A stretch of DNA of 63,886 nt, the filler included, from Octopus bimaculoides (taxonomy: Eukaryota): assembly GCF_001194135.2 (NCBI RefSeq). It is 6 parts of 5 records of this genome, joined end to end, with 100 filler letters (N's around TTAATTAATTAA, not from the genome) between each part and the next. Parts side by side here need not be neighbours in the genome. Positions count along the whole stretch, not along the records: positions 20,399 to 45,927 come from NC_068981.1; positions 46,028 to 55,783 come from NC_068990.1; 4 more parts are not named here. One strand, given 5' to 3'. This document shows positions 35,951 to 49,320 of the stretch, in pieces. Made by a program: the position numbers and the translations under genes. Every line of letters starts with the position of its first letter. The stretch's first letter is position 1. Below the pieces are notes generated by a model. It did no database searches and was not told the origin of the DNA. It was given only the letters and a program-made list of their open reading frames with translations.

Positions 35951-37959
35951 TTATATTATTTTATTGTTGTTTAGAATTACAGACGTATTTTTCTTATGTA
36001 ATTATTCCTGTATTCCGAATAGTTTTTTTAGTGCCTTTAGCGGAGGCTACTCTGTTGCAGACGATCCAAACCAGGTCTCTGGTTCGAGGATAAATTTTTC
36101 CTCCCTCTCTTCCGATCAACTTTTGAGGGCTTGAAAAATATCACGAACACTGCCTTTTCTCTTGAAGAAGAAAAAATGAGTTGTTAATGGTGCATATCAT
36201 CATGCCTCCCAACAATACTTCTCTCCATACCCCAAAAAGGGTTACAGTAACTTCAACAAATACATTTTCACGGCAATCATTTTCACATCCTATATTTGTT
36301 TAACTGTCACCCTTTTGCAACGCTGCTTGCTCTGCACATTTTTCCTTTTCGAATGTAGTTTTTTTTTCATGGTTGATTTGTACTTTTGGTATTTATATTG
36401 CTTCAGTGACTTATTAAACTGTTAGTAAGGCAAAAGCTATATTTATGTAAATGGTTCTCCGTCAAATTATCGATTTAGTTATCTGCAATGTTTATAGTTA
36501 CACACTTACGATCAAGTGTGGAATGGAAGCATCAAATATACGTTTGTTTTGCTATTAATTATAAGCATATGCGTAGTCTGTTACACTTTATTCCCAGGAG
36601 AAATGTAAACATTATTTTATGTTTTAGCTGCTAGAGGTAATGTTAATTATCCTATCCTCAAGAACATTTCCAGTTTTGTAGCAAAAAATAAATTACAACG
36701 AAACAATAAAAATTTAAAAAAATAAAACACTATCAAATAACTGTGTTATAAAAAATTAATGGAAACTCTTATCGGAAATAATTCATTGTAATTCATCGAT
36801 TAATTAATTTTTTATTGTTTTCATATTTTATTATTATTTTTTGTATTTTTCAAAAATTCTTTAGTTTATTTTTTCCTTTGAACCGTTGAAAATAAAGAAA
36901 AAAGGTAATATTCAATGCTTTTGCTGGACAAATTTGTAATATCTGGTGTAACATGCAATTGAAGAGACGTGATAACTTTGATAATAATTGATAGCTTCTT
37001 GCTAGACAAATAATCCTGATCGATATCACAGTCTTTAGGGAATCAATAGTTAACATTTAAAAATCATTTTACCCCCCCCCCCCCTCGTGCTACATCTCTT
37101 ATATTCTGCCTCCGTCTCTCTCGCTCTCTTTCTTTTTCTCTCTCATTAAAGAAAAAAAATTATTAAAGAGTCATAAGGGAGAGAAAAATCAAGAAGTGAA
37201 TGTAATGAGACAGAGACCAAAGAGGAAATGTAGACAATAGAACAAAGATTTGTTATAGGTCTAAATATGAATAGATCGTGCTTATGTAACATAGTAAGTA
37301 ATATAACGTACGCACTTGAAACGGCCTCAGATTTAAACACCGGTGCGTAATATATTTATAATTAATTTTAACACCAAAATTTTCTATAGAGTTCAGGGAT
37401 AGCATTGAAAATTACGACTTATAGAAAATTTGGTAGGATAAAGTTAATCATGAGAACACCGTACTGCTAGCACAAAAATAAGCACAGTAATGACTTGTAA
37501 ACATTTATTATACTTCGTAATATATTATGGTTGCAAAACGAAATGCTCTGTCCGTGGAACAGTTAATATATTTATAATATGCCGAACCACCTTTGTGTGC
37601 TCCTTATCAATATTATACACATCGGTATTTTAACCTAAGGCTGTTTCATCTGTTTTGAATGCGTATATTTATTTAATTCTAGCTTGGTTAGTTTTCTGAT
37701 AAATCAGTAAATGTTTCGTTTATTGATTTCTATATCATGACAAGCATTTTCGGCTTAACTCAGAACGACCGGCATATTCGTCGCTGAGGAAGCCAAGTCA
37801 GGTTGAGACCGTGTTGGCAATCCACCAACGTTCTGAGCAAAGCTCTGTATTTTTAACGCACGAGTCACTTTGAGTAGTTTCTTTGTGACAAAATACTAGA
37901 GTTAATGTTATTTCACGTTTGTATACAGATGGTATACGGTTCAAAATTGTACGAAAATC

Positions 37960-38090
37960 AAAAGACAGAGACAAATGGGGGAACAATAGACAAGGTATAT
38001 TAGTTTTACGCTCAAGAAAATAGAAGAGTCGTTGACGTTTCGAGCCTACGCACATCTACAAAAAGCACTGAGGAAAGAAAACAGGCGAAA
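37960..38090 (-). mobile_element. Solo degenerate Penelope-type terminal repeat
   Basis: Reverse complement reads ...gcgtaggctcgaaacgtcaacgactc...cttgagcgtaaaactaatata, homologous to the 57540 and 60130 copies. Confidence 0.65.
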
Positions 38091-38469
38091 ATAAAATAAA
38101 AGAGGAGCGAAATAACGACGTGTCTAGATTAACTGTTGCACATTATATATATCATATACACGAGTATTTTAAGAGTGAGTCACACATTTTTGATCATTCG
38201 ATATTATCCGAATAGCTGATAAGAAAAAACTTAATTCAGAGCCGTTTTAATCTTGATATAAAAGCAACAGAGGTACTAGTCTAAACTAGTCTAATAAAAT
38301 CAGCCAGTCGAGATTTTTCGATACGTTAGACATTACATACCAGAGAGGTTATTGTGTATAAGGCCAGCTAATGAACTCGACGGATATATTTATGAATAAT
38401 TAAACCGTCTTTAGTAAAGCTTATTCCACTCAATAAGATTCAGAGTGTTCAATATCTACATACAAATAA

Positions 38470-38900
38470 AGGCGGTGAGCTGGCAGAAACGTTAGCACGC
38501 TAGGCGAAATGCTTAGCGGTAATTTCGTCTGCCGCTATGCACAGAGTTCAAATTCCACCGAGGTCTACTTTGTCTTTTATCCTTTCGGGGTCCATTAAAT
38601 ACGTACCAGTTACGCATTGGTGTCGATGTAATCGACTTAGTCCATTTGTCTGTCCTTGTTTGTCCCCTCTATGTTTAGCCCTTTGTAGGCAATAAAAAAT
38701 TAAGGATCGTTAGCACGCCGGTCAACATGCTTAGCGGTATTTCTTTTTTCTTTTCCGCTCTGAGTTCAAATTCCGATGTGATCGGCTTTGCATTTCAAAC
38801 TTTCGGGGTCGATAAAATAAGTATTCATCAAGCACTGGCAACAATGTAATCGACTTAACTCCATTCCCAAATTTGCTGGCCTTGTGCCAAAATCTGAAAC
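38470..38900 (+). mobile_element. SINE family B, two tandem copies
   Basis: ggcggtgagctggcagaaacgttagcacg...gagttcaaattcc...cctttcggggtc...aagtaccag, followed directly by a second copy from ~38705. Singles at about 11140-11340 and 35270-35450. Confidence 0.85.
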
Positions 38901-39420
38901 GAATTTCTATGTACAAACATCATTGTATTGATTGGTATCGTAGTAGTGTTNNNNNNNNNNNNNNNNNNNNNNNNNNNNNNNNNNNNNNNNNNNNNNNNNN
39001 NNNNNNNNNNNNNNNNNNNNNNNNNNNNNNNNNNNNNNNNNNNNNNNNNNNNNNNNNNNNNNNNNNNNNNNNNNNNNNNNNNNNNNNNNNNNNNNNNNNN
39101 NNNNNNNNNNNNNNNNNNNNNNNNNNNNNNNNNNNNNNNNNNNNNNNNNNNNNNNNNNNNNNNNNNNNNNNNNNNNNNNNNNNNNNNNNNNNNNNNNNNN
39201 NNNNNNNNNNNNNNNNNNNNNNNNNNNNNNNNNNNNNNNNNNNNNNNNNNNNNNNNNNNNNNNNNNNNNNNNNNNNNNNNNNNNNNNNNNNNNNNNNNNN
39301 NNNNNNNNNNNNNNNATATATATATATATATATATATATACGGATCATAACGTGGACTTCTTGTTAGAACACCGCATACTGCATTATTCACCTTGAGAGA
39401 GCCTCTCAAGGCTAGTAGCA

Positions 39421-39720
39421 GAAAATCATCAATGGGAAGCGTCCGGACATCGCATGCCAATCAAATCTCGCTGCTACGATATATAGCATATCAACATCTT
39501 TGGAGACACTGATTTTGCAAATAGGCAACTGGCTTATTACAAATCAATTATTAGCGACGAAAACAACATTAATACAGAAAAGGTAATCTTATACCCAACT
39601 TAACATGACACACTGAATACTGCGTTATTAGCCTTGACAGATCCTCTTATAATGTATATATTCATAGTAGTGAGATTTGATTGGCATGCACTGACCGGAC
39701 GCCTCCCACTGATGGTTTCC
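39421..39720. mobile_element. MITE-like element with ~60-bp inverted repeats
   Basis: catcaatgggaagcgtccggacatcgcatgccaatcaaatctcgctgctacgatatata (39427-39485) matches the reverse complement of 39655-39714. Confidence 0.65.
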
Positions 39721-39818
39721 AATAGAATGAAATCACGTGATATGGGAGTTCTGGGGCCCATGGTAGACGATTCTCGTCTGCTACGATCTATATGCGTGCT
39801 TATATGAGAGGATTAAGG

Positions 39819-40183
39819 TAGTTGAAATATGTTTGTCACATAAACACTGCAGTTATCGTGGATTAAACATCTCTCGTATGGTAAAAAGGTTTGAAAGCAT
39901 CCGGTTCGCTCAGTGTCGCCATCTATTAGGAAACCCAGACATCGACGTTTCGAGGTTTTTGACTCTTGTTAATGACATATAGATAAGAGTTGCCTCTCTT
40001 AGCTACATCTCATTGACAAGAGTTAAAAATCTCGAAGCATCTATGTCTGGGTTTCCTAATAGATGGCCATTCTGAACCGGGTGTTTTCAGACCTTGTTAC
40101 CATAAAAGAAATTTTTCCTCCATGGTAATTGCAGTGTATTTGCTTTTGAGCAATTGAAATATGTGACAAAGATATTTCAACTA
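39819..40183. mobile_element. Foldback element (~170-bp arms, 6-nt loop)
   Basis: 39819-39989 pairs with 39996-40183 around the loop TTGCCT. The right arm has a ~20-nt insertion. TA dinucleotides at both ends. Confidence 0.75.
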
Positions 40184-40440
40184 GCCTAAATTCTGCTCAT
40201 CATACCTAAATCTTGGTGGCAAATATACTTCACGTATATATATATATATATATATATATATNNNNNNNNNNNNNNNNNNNNNNNNNNNNNNNNNNNNNNN
40301 NNNNNNNNNNNNNNNNNNNNNNNNNNNNNNNNNNNNNNNNNNNNNNNNNNNNNNNNNNNNNNNNNNNNNATATACATATATAATCAGATAGAAAAGAGAG
40401 AGGCGAGATATGAGGGAGACTCGAAGTGATGCCTGTTAAA

Positions 40441-40634
40441 TACGAGGGTGTACTGTAGAGTTTCTGGTCTTGGATAAAAGAAAATACAAGGGGATCAGTT
40501 AATTATGATTACATTCAACATATCCCCCTCTCAGATTCACACACTTATTGCAGCAGTCCTTCAATTTTTCTAAGCTCTGTAAGAGAACTCAGAAGTTTAG
40601 GCCTCCAACCAGGCCTTTCAAGACACCCTCGTAT
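40441..40634. mobile_element. Mariner-derived MITE
   Basis: TACGAGGGTGTAC... and ...GACACCCTCGTA ends. The minus-strand interior encodes LEKLKDCCNKCVNLRGGYVE, a mariner C-terminus. Confidence 0.8.
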
Positions 40635-41287
40635 ATTGGTTGTGTTGCTTAATGGTAATGGCTCTGTTGATGTCACCATTGCTAATACATATACCAATGT
40701 TATCTTTTTATATCATTTAGTCGTTATTCGTAATTCTCTCTGCTGTCGAGTAAAATTTGTAATAAACTCTTAAATATATGCAATGATTTCAAGTCTGATT
40801 TGTCAATCTCTTATAGAACCTTAAGTTTACTTAACTTAAAACATTTTCACTGATTTTAGCATCAGATGGAAACTAAAAAAATCTATAAAATTAGCTAAAA
40901 GCAATTTTAATTGATTGAATCACTTTATTTTGCCGGACCTTGATCTAACAAGTAGTTTGGAAAACCTTGAAAAATTATCTGAGATTCAAATTGAAAGCTC
41001 AGTATAACACATCATATATCGTATGTTTTCCTACATTTTAGATTTCATATGATGGTGATTAATTTATGTTTGCTATGATGATGGTGATGGTTGTATGTGA
41101 AGAAAAGCGGCAAAGATAATAAATACATAAATAAAAAAAATATGTAAATAAATATCGGAGAGAAAAGGAGTGAGAAAGAAGTAACCACTGTTAGTGAAGG
41201 GCGGTGGTAACGGTAAGAGAAAGAGGAATTACTATAACGACCGATATTTTACGAGTAGACATGTACATAAATCAAAACGTACATAGT

Positions 41288-41347
<60 letters not shown>

Positions 41348-42659
41348 CCTATATGGACATATATATATATATATATATATGAGTTACCCTGACATACACA
41401 CACAAACATACACAACATACACACACATACACATACAAAGAGTTGCACATACACACACATCCACCCACATATACGCATACAGATATTTTATTATGAATAA
41501 GCCACTCAGGTGACTTATTTATAATAAAATATCTGTGACTTATTCGCTTATGACTCCATCGCTGATGTTCCAGTCAACTCATACATGATCAATACATTTA
41601 ACTCTACTAATTCTATAGAATAACATACTTTAGAATAGTATAGAATTCTACCACCAGGAAATGACGTGTTATTTTATTAACAAAACTAAATACTACACAT
41701 CCACACAAATATATATATATGCAGCGATACATATACGAATGTACAGATATATACGTATATATATATAAAAGAGAACAAATTTCAAAGGTCAGTGTTCATA
41801 TTCACTCAATGTATTTCAAAGCGTCGGAATACTCCACACTATACTTAGGTGCATTCATATACACAAGATATAATATAAAAATATGTAAATATGTAAATGT
41901 ACTTGCGAGGTTGTATGTCCGTATTAAAATCACTGAGGATATTAAACTATACACATGATGAATGTATAGCGGCAATCCAAATAGATGAGGATTTTGGTAT
42001 AAAATGATTTTAAAAAGACTCTTGAGCAGGTGCGAAGTCTTTCGGCCGTTTCGAGAAGGTATTCGTTGGTATGAGCGAGTTAATTCCAACCATAACAATC
42101 ATCTCTATTTCTTTCATCAGAGTTAATCTAAAGAATTTATAAGAGTAAATAACCGATAGAATTAGCACCATGCTTTAAAAAAATAATAATAAGCACTGGC
42201 GTTGATTCATTCGAGTGAAATTCTTCAAGGCGATGCCCTAGCATGGCCACGGTCTAATGCCTGAAACAAGTAAAAGATAAAAGAAAAGACAAAAGATATT
42301 CTACACATTTTGCTTAATAATGATGGTTAATGGTTGCTTATTAATGATATGTATGTGTGTGTGTATGTATATGTTTGTGTGTCTGCATTTGACACCCGAT
42401 GTTACGTCCGCGTAATTTAGCGGTTCGGCAAAAAAGACCGATAAAATAAGTACTACGCTTACAAAGAATAAGTCCTGGGGTCGATATGTTCGTCTAAAAG
42501 GTGGTGCTCCAGCATGGCCGCAGTCAAACTGACTGAAACAAGTAAAAGAAGGGAAAGAATAAAAATGCTATAAAGGAATTTACCATTGTAGCGTTCTTTC
42601 AGCTGGCACTCTCAATCTATGTTTCTTGAATAGAACATTTATCCGTTTCCGAGAAATAC

Positions 42660-43105
42660 TGGTTTCAAATTTTGGCATAAAGCCAGTAATTTCGTGGTAG
42701 GAGTAAGGCGATTACATCGGCCCAAGGTGTTTAACTGGTACTTATTTTTATGGACCCTGAAAGGATGAAAGGCAAAGTCGACATCAGCCGAACTTGAACG
42801 CAGCACGAAAAGACGGACGGAATGCTGTTAAGTACTTTATCCGGTGTGCTAACGATTCTGCCAACTCGTAGATACTTTTGCCTAAAAATATTGATTTCAA
42901 ATTTTGGCACAAGGCCAGCAAATTTGGTGAAGCGTGTAAGTCTATTACTCTCCTCCCATCGTGCTTAACTGGTGGTTATTTTATTGACCCAAAAGGATGA
43001 AAGGTAAAAATCAACCTCGGCGTAACTTGAATTTAACATAAAGACTGATGAAATGTCGCTGAGCATTTTGCCCTGCATGCTCACGATTCTGCCAGCTCGC
43101 CGTCT
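42660..43105 (-). mobile_element. SINE family B tandem pair
   Basis: Two same-orientation copies at ~42660-42870 and ~42895-43105. Confidence 0.75.
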
Positions 43106-45352
43106 TCTTTTCCGAGAAACATTTATTGGCTATGTTCCCTCGCTCTGTTCGAAATTGCGAGTTTCCTTAAATTAAATTCGAAACCACGGTGATATTGTAA
43201 CTAGGAGAACGTATTTGGGGAGTGAACTCCTTAATGACAGAATCATGCTTACATCCATTTACAAGCACAGTCAACCATCATTCACTCACGAGAATACGTT
43301 GGTAATATGTACCCATGATTTTGCTAAACCGTTCTATATGACTAAGTAGTCGCAAACAAACTTATACACTCTCTCGGCCACGTTATCCCTGACTAATAGT
43401 CGATTTACGATGACACAGTTGGAGAGAGAGAAAAGAGAAGAAATTAAGGGGGGAAAGAAAACTGCTTCAGACCCTGCTTACTTCTCATTAACAACTGGAG
43501 TAAACAACTGGAGTAACGTAAAAGCCAATGCCTTACATACTTACTTTAGTATCGTGAGGCAAACACCCTAACCATTAAGCCACATTACAGCAAAGTTTTA
43601 AAAAATATATAATAAATGTATACACACACATATTTGTGTAGTCGTTTTATATATATTGTGCAGAAACTATTCAGAGGTAGTAAGCACAACCCTTAGGAAA
43701 CATCATGAATTTATTTATAGCAAAAGCCAGGTTGATTAATTCAGTCTGTCTTGAATAAGAAATGATTTCATGTTAGAACAGAAAACCAAACATACGACCT
43801 GCAGCAGTTAATGGTGAAGAAGTATTAATTATTTGTTATATCTGTTCGATTTCATAATCTAACCGGTGATTAAAAGGAAATTAGCGTTGAGCAGGAACGA
43901 ACTGAGCTTTGTTGTAAGATAAATATCTTTAAATATAGAATTCCATTAAGTGATCAATTAAGACTCTCAAGATACTTTAGTGCTTCATTGATGCGCTGAA
44001 AGATTTTATTCGTGTTATTGTATCATTATTTAGTTTAGAGCAACGCATACTGGTTCGAAATATACGACTGTATTTACAAATATTATCGAAATGTAAGAAC
44101 CATAAACGACTAGTAGACATAGTGCCTATTTAATCCGTATGCAATATGGAAGTAATTAGACACGATTTCTGTTGATTGTCTTAGTTGACATATATGAAGA
44201 TCAATCGACACAGCTTATAAGAGGATGGATAGAGTTACGTAGATTCAGCAACAATCATAATGAAAAAGCGTGGATGAAGAAGTTTAATATTATAACAAAA
44301 GAGTCGTGCAGGATGAAGGCTGATGTTCTGAATTAAGATGATATTGCGAACTTAATGCTGTGCAACCAAAATTCAATATACATATATTCCTTGAAAAGAT
44401 TCATTGTAGACAGTTATTAGCGTCAAGTCCATTTATTTAGAAAGCAATTGTTGAATTGATGTTGTATGGATGCAGAATGAAACTTAAATACTGAAGATTT
44501 TACGGCATTGACTAATTTTCTTCTCCTTTCAGTGATGACAGCATCTTATTTTATTTGGTAAAGTCTTCAAATACACAGGGATGCGAGCAGCTTTAGATTA
44601 GACACGTTCCTTGATGGATTGACAGTTTGTCTCTAAGATCAAAGGCCATTCTGTTATAGCACGTACCACAGACTCCTTCATTCAATATCAAGGTCGCACT
44701 GCTCCCTTTCCCAATCTTGGTCTCACATAAGCATACATACAGATACACGCACATGTACACGAAGAAAGACACCTGCGAAAACACGCAGGTGCATATATAT
44801 ATATATANNNNNNNNNNNNNNNNNNNNNNNNNNNNNNNNNNNNNNNNNNNNNNNNNNNNNNNNNNNNNNNNNNNNNNNNNNNNNNNNNNNNNNNNNNNNN
44901 NNNNNNNNNNNNNNNNNNNNNNNNNNNNNNNNNNNNNNNNNNNNNNNNNNNNNNNNNNNNNNNNNNNNNNNNNNNNNNNNNNNNNNNNNNNNNNNNNNNN
45001 NNNNNNNNNNNNNNNNNNNNNNNNNNNNNNNNNNNNNNNNNNNNNNNNNNNNNNNNNNNNNNNNNNNNNNNNNNNNNNNNNNNNNNNNNNNNNNNNNNNN
45101 NNNNNNNNNNNNNNNNNNNNNNNNNNNNNNNNNNNNNNNNNNNNNNNNNNNNNNNNNNNNNNNNNNNNNNNNNNNNNNNNNNNNNNNNNNNNNNNNNNNN
45201 NNNNNNNNNNNAAGAATAAAAAGTTTAACTTTCAATCGAAATTGAATTCTTACTAAGGATATGAAAGTAAGAGTTTATGATATTAAATTGTCTTTTTCTG
45301 TTTAGCTACGTATCACACGGTTCTTTTCTATCTCTTTCTTTCGCCCTCTCTC

Positions 45353-45461
<109 letters not shown>

Positions 45462-45877
45462 ATGCATACCTGTGTATGTGTGTGTGTTCATATATGAGTA
45501 TGTAACCTATGTAGTAAATTTATATGTACATCTATTTGTATGTATGTGTGTGTGTGTGTGTGTGCGTGTGAATGTGTATATATATATGTATGGATATAAG
45601 TATAGACATACATGCATACATACATGCATACATACATGCATACATACATGCATACACAAAAACACGGACGCACACCCGCACACACATACTCTCATACATA
45701 TTCAATGAGAAATTCTCTTGTCTCGGGCAAGTTACGACTAGTATGATCTACATTACTTTACTCACTGAGGACTGCACGGTGCTATGAAACCTATGTTGCC
45801 AACAACATATTTATATTAATATATGTTGAAATAAATGTGTGTATATACAGATGCACTTATAGATATGTATATATATA

Positions 45878-45927
<50 letters not shown>

Positions 45928-46027
45928 NNNNNNNNNNNNNNNNNNNNNNNNNNNNNNNNNNNNNNNNNNNNTTAATTAATTAANNNNNNNNNNNNNNNNN
46001 NNNNNNNNNNNNNNNNNNNNNNNNNNN
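45928..46027. other. Artificial scaffold linker
   Basis: 44 N + TTAATTAATTAA + 44 N. Confidence 0.95.
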
Positions 46028-46386
46028 ATTAAAGTATCACATACAGAGTTTGAGTGTGATAGTAGTAGTAGGGGTGTGACATCTTCTCGGATGTACATTG
46101 CAACTCCCCCATGACTTCTATCCCTTCTGTCTGTTCGGAGTACGGCATACTCTGGTATATTTATCTCCGCATCTGCTATATTAGGTGTTAGATGCGTTTC
46201 GGTAAGCACCATGCATATTGCTTGATTGCATGTTACTAGGTCTTTCAAGTATAGGAACTTGTCTTTGCCGCCTGTTCGTAATAGGCCCCGGATATGCAGT
46301 AGGAATATGGGTGTGATATCTGTGCAGGGGTTCCTGGTGTTAGCGGTGGCCATCCCTGATCCATCATCTGTGGTGGTCTTGGACAA
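46028..46386 (-). mobile_element. Non-LTR retrotransposon ORF2 N-terminus (APE endonuclease), CR1/L2-like, cut by a scaffold linker
   Basis: Open frame with LLHIRGL...ICMVLTETHLTPNIADAEINIPEYAVLRTDRRDRSHGGVAMYIRED...SHSNSVCDTL. Confidence 0.9.
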
Positions 46387-48671
46387 TGGTTCGTGTGGCG
46401 TTGACTCTGTACCCTCTGTACCCTATATATATGATGATGATGAAGGATATGTTCTCTATGTGGCCTGCGTGTTTTTTCTACCTTGTTTATCATTTTGTCT
46501 ATGTTTTTTGCAACGTCATGTACCTAGATATGTATCTATATGTACAGGTAGATGAACGTATGTGCATACATGTACATATATATGCATATACTCATATATT
46601 GTTTATATGTGTGGGGGGGTATATATATAGAGAGAGAGATAAGAATACTTTTGTCGGGAGTTTCCGTGTTTCTTATGAATGTTTGGGTGTTATTTTGAGC
46701 AGTAGATTGTGTCCAGCTAAACGTAGATCTGGGGATACAATAAATAAGGCAGAAGTGAGAAAATCACTTTCAACTAAATGTTAGCGATTCAGTAGGGAAG
46801 ATAAATGTAAAATACAACCTAGTGTCTCTTAAAAAATGTAACATATTTTCTTGAAATTATCTTGGGCTAATTCAGAAGATGGAGTTGTCAAAAGGTATCC
46901 ATTGTGATCATGAAATTATCGTGTTGAAGAAGAGAAGTTCGGACTGGGATAGTATCTTGCAAATTAAACTATTGATAGCTTTCTGCTTATCATACATGAC
47001 TCTCCATTAACATAACACTTATGAAAGCTGACGCTATATCAACAGCTCCCTAGATGATGCATTAAAACGGTCTCATATAATGTTACACATGTGTCTGATT
47101 AATTTCTTATAAGCAAAATTGTATTACATAGTTTTAGAACCCTTCATATGTAATAATCGCAATGTATTTCAAATTAATCTACAGCATAGTATTTACAAAT
47201 AATTCATAATTGTGGTATTCAAAATAGATTACATTTGATTAGACTTCGTATTTTACTGTTTCACATACTGATGCGTGTCCACGTGCATGCCAATATACCC
47301 GCACATATAACAATCACACATATATATAAGCCTCTCACGTATAAACACATGAGAATCAAAGCACACTCCGATAATATACGTATATAAATACTTTCGATAG
47401 GAAAGACATTTAAAACTTTCCAGACCGTCTGAAGAGATCATATAATAATTATCGGCAAATACTTTAATTTAGTTGACCTGTCTATTGCCAAAAGTACAAC
47501 AGACAGGTTTAAAATGTGGGTTACTAATTACGAGATATGTGATATTTCCATTGGAATATTTCATGAAATAGAACAATGGTATTGCAAGAGACCTTTTATA
47601 TATTCGTCTGCATCACGAACATATTTATCTGCTTATAAGTTAGTCGATGTTCATTACTTCAGCCTTAAAACCGACCAATTAACAAATTTCCAAGTTGTGT
47701 ATTCAAAGCTGTCAAACACGAGCTGACTAAATAAATTGATGTAGGTTTCAGTTAATGAGAATTCATTAACTGCGATTTCGCTCAAACAGATGAGTGTAAT
47801 TGTATTTCACATGACTTTATTCATTATCATTTGATTACTCCTCCAGGAATAAGATTTGAATCTGTCATTAGAAATTTATCAGCAGCATCACTTCAGATTT
47901 TCAATCTTACTTTGGAATTTTCTAAAATCTTCATTGAAATGTCACAGAAGTAGGCACGTACACAGGGAAGGTGGAGTCTTTGATCCTCTTCTTTATTTAC
48001 ATCAAGTATTCTTTTAGTTAAAATTCAAATTATATATTTTAAAAGAATACTTGTTACTCATGCTTTGTTTTCCAGTTACTTGTTCCACTATTACTAAATC
48101 AATTAAAATAATAAAATTAATTATAGTCGTCCTTCTTGATTTTTGAAGAGATATTCACATAAGTAAGACAGCTGATCTCTATGATGGAACAGTCTTTTTA
48201 TTCATTGTTTCAAATAACGATATTCAGCCTGTTATGTATGTATGTATGTATGTATGTACGTACGTACGCACGTATGGATAGATGGAGGCATGCATTGATG
48301 TTTGCATCAGAATTATTTATAAACTTACAGATTCCGAAAAATATGTTGGGATAGTAATTATCATTGATATGGCACAAAAAATTGATTGTATAGAAGTAAA
48401 AGGAGATATGCACATATATACAGCAAATCAGAGTACATGATGTGAAAGTTTGTAATATCTAAACCAATAGATCGAGAAATCACGAGTCGACTGACTTTGG
48501 TAGAGCTGTTATGGTAGATGAGCAATCTTGGATATAACTGGAAAGAGAAACAACAACATAGTTGAACAACAGTAGTTTTAACAATTTGGTGAGAATATGT
48601 TGGGTTTTAAGTCAAGTGACCTTTTGCATGTGGCCTATGATGTTTATATATATAATAGGCACACGCGTGGC

Positions 48672-49320
48672 GCGAAATTCTTTTCCCACGACAGTTCCGG
48701 ACCCTAGGTGTGAACTCATTTGCATACAGCCAATCAGAGCTCAACTATCAAACTTGTGTCCCCCTAGTCACGAAAATACTCTGGTTGAGTTCAGTGGACA
48801 ATGTGCGTTATAACAAAATCTAACTGTTCTAAACGGGTTAATAGGGGTGACAAATGTGAAATTTAGTGTATAAAGTGAATGGAGAGCTGCTCACCGGTGA
48901 TACCATAAGTGTTGCCAATTTGCGTAATTTACTAGAAAATGTAAATGAGAGTAGTTTCCTAATTTTTTGGCTGATTTTTTTCATTCCTAATTTTAAATAT
49001 TGGTGTTGATCTGGAAACATCGTAATCAATCTGGCGTTGTGTCGTTTTGCGCCCTCCTAGCATATATCAATGGGTACATGTAGTATCACTAATCTCAGTG
49101 TGAGCATATGTACCTAATGTTAGCTCCATATTAGTGATGGTGCTCAATTGATCTACGAGGATGGTGGTGAGGTGCTTACGTGAAACCTGCTATGCTGTAC
49201 TCACAGAGTGGCTGTACTGTAGTAGTACACAGTATGTGGATTTTCAAGGCGATCTCTGATTGGCTGTATGCAAATAAGTTCATTACTGGGTCCGAAACTC
49301 TTGTGGGAAAAATATTTCGC
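48672..49320. repeat. ~70-bp inverted repeats carrying octamer and CCAAT motifs (probable MITE ends)
   Basis: 48672-48741 matches the reverse complement of 49251-49320. Each arm has ATTTGCAT next to AGCCAATCAG. Confidence 0.75.

Noticed and set aside
36866-37032. Minus-strand 54-codon open frame after a phase 1 AG (DCDIDQDYL...QRKK*)
   Set aside because: The acceptor is only moderate and I see no homology. Frames this long occur by chance in a window of this size.
44185-44336. Plus-strand candidate terminal exon DIYEDQSTQLIRGWIELRRF...SCRMKADVLN*
   Set aside because: The composition is protein-like, but the resemblance to NTR-domain ends is too faint and no upstream exon was found.
46880-46920. 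HNGY-PFD-like string suggesting the MMP calcium loop
   Set aside because: It needs a frameshift and lacks the following LAHA and HFD motifs.
47514-47726. 70-aa ORF with W...DISI...PF...DVH spacing loosely like an MMP catalytic N-half
   Set aside because: The key residues (HGD, FDG, LAHA, HFD) are absent and the spacing is wrong.
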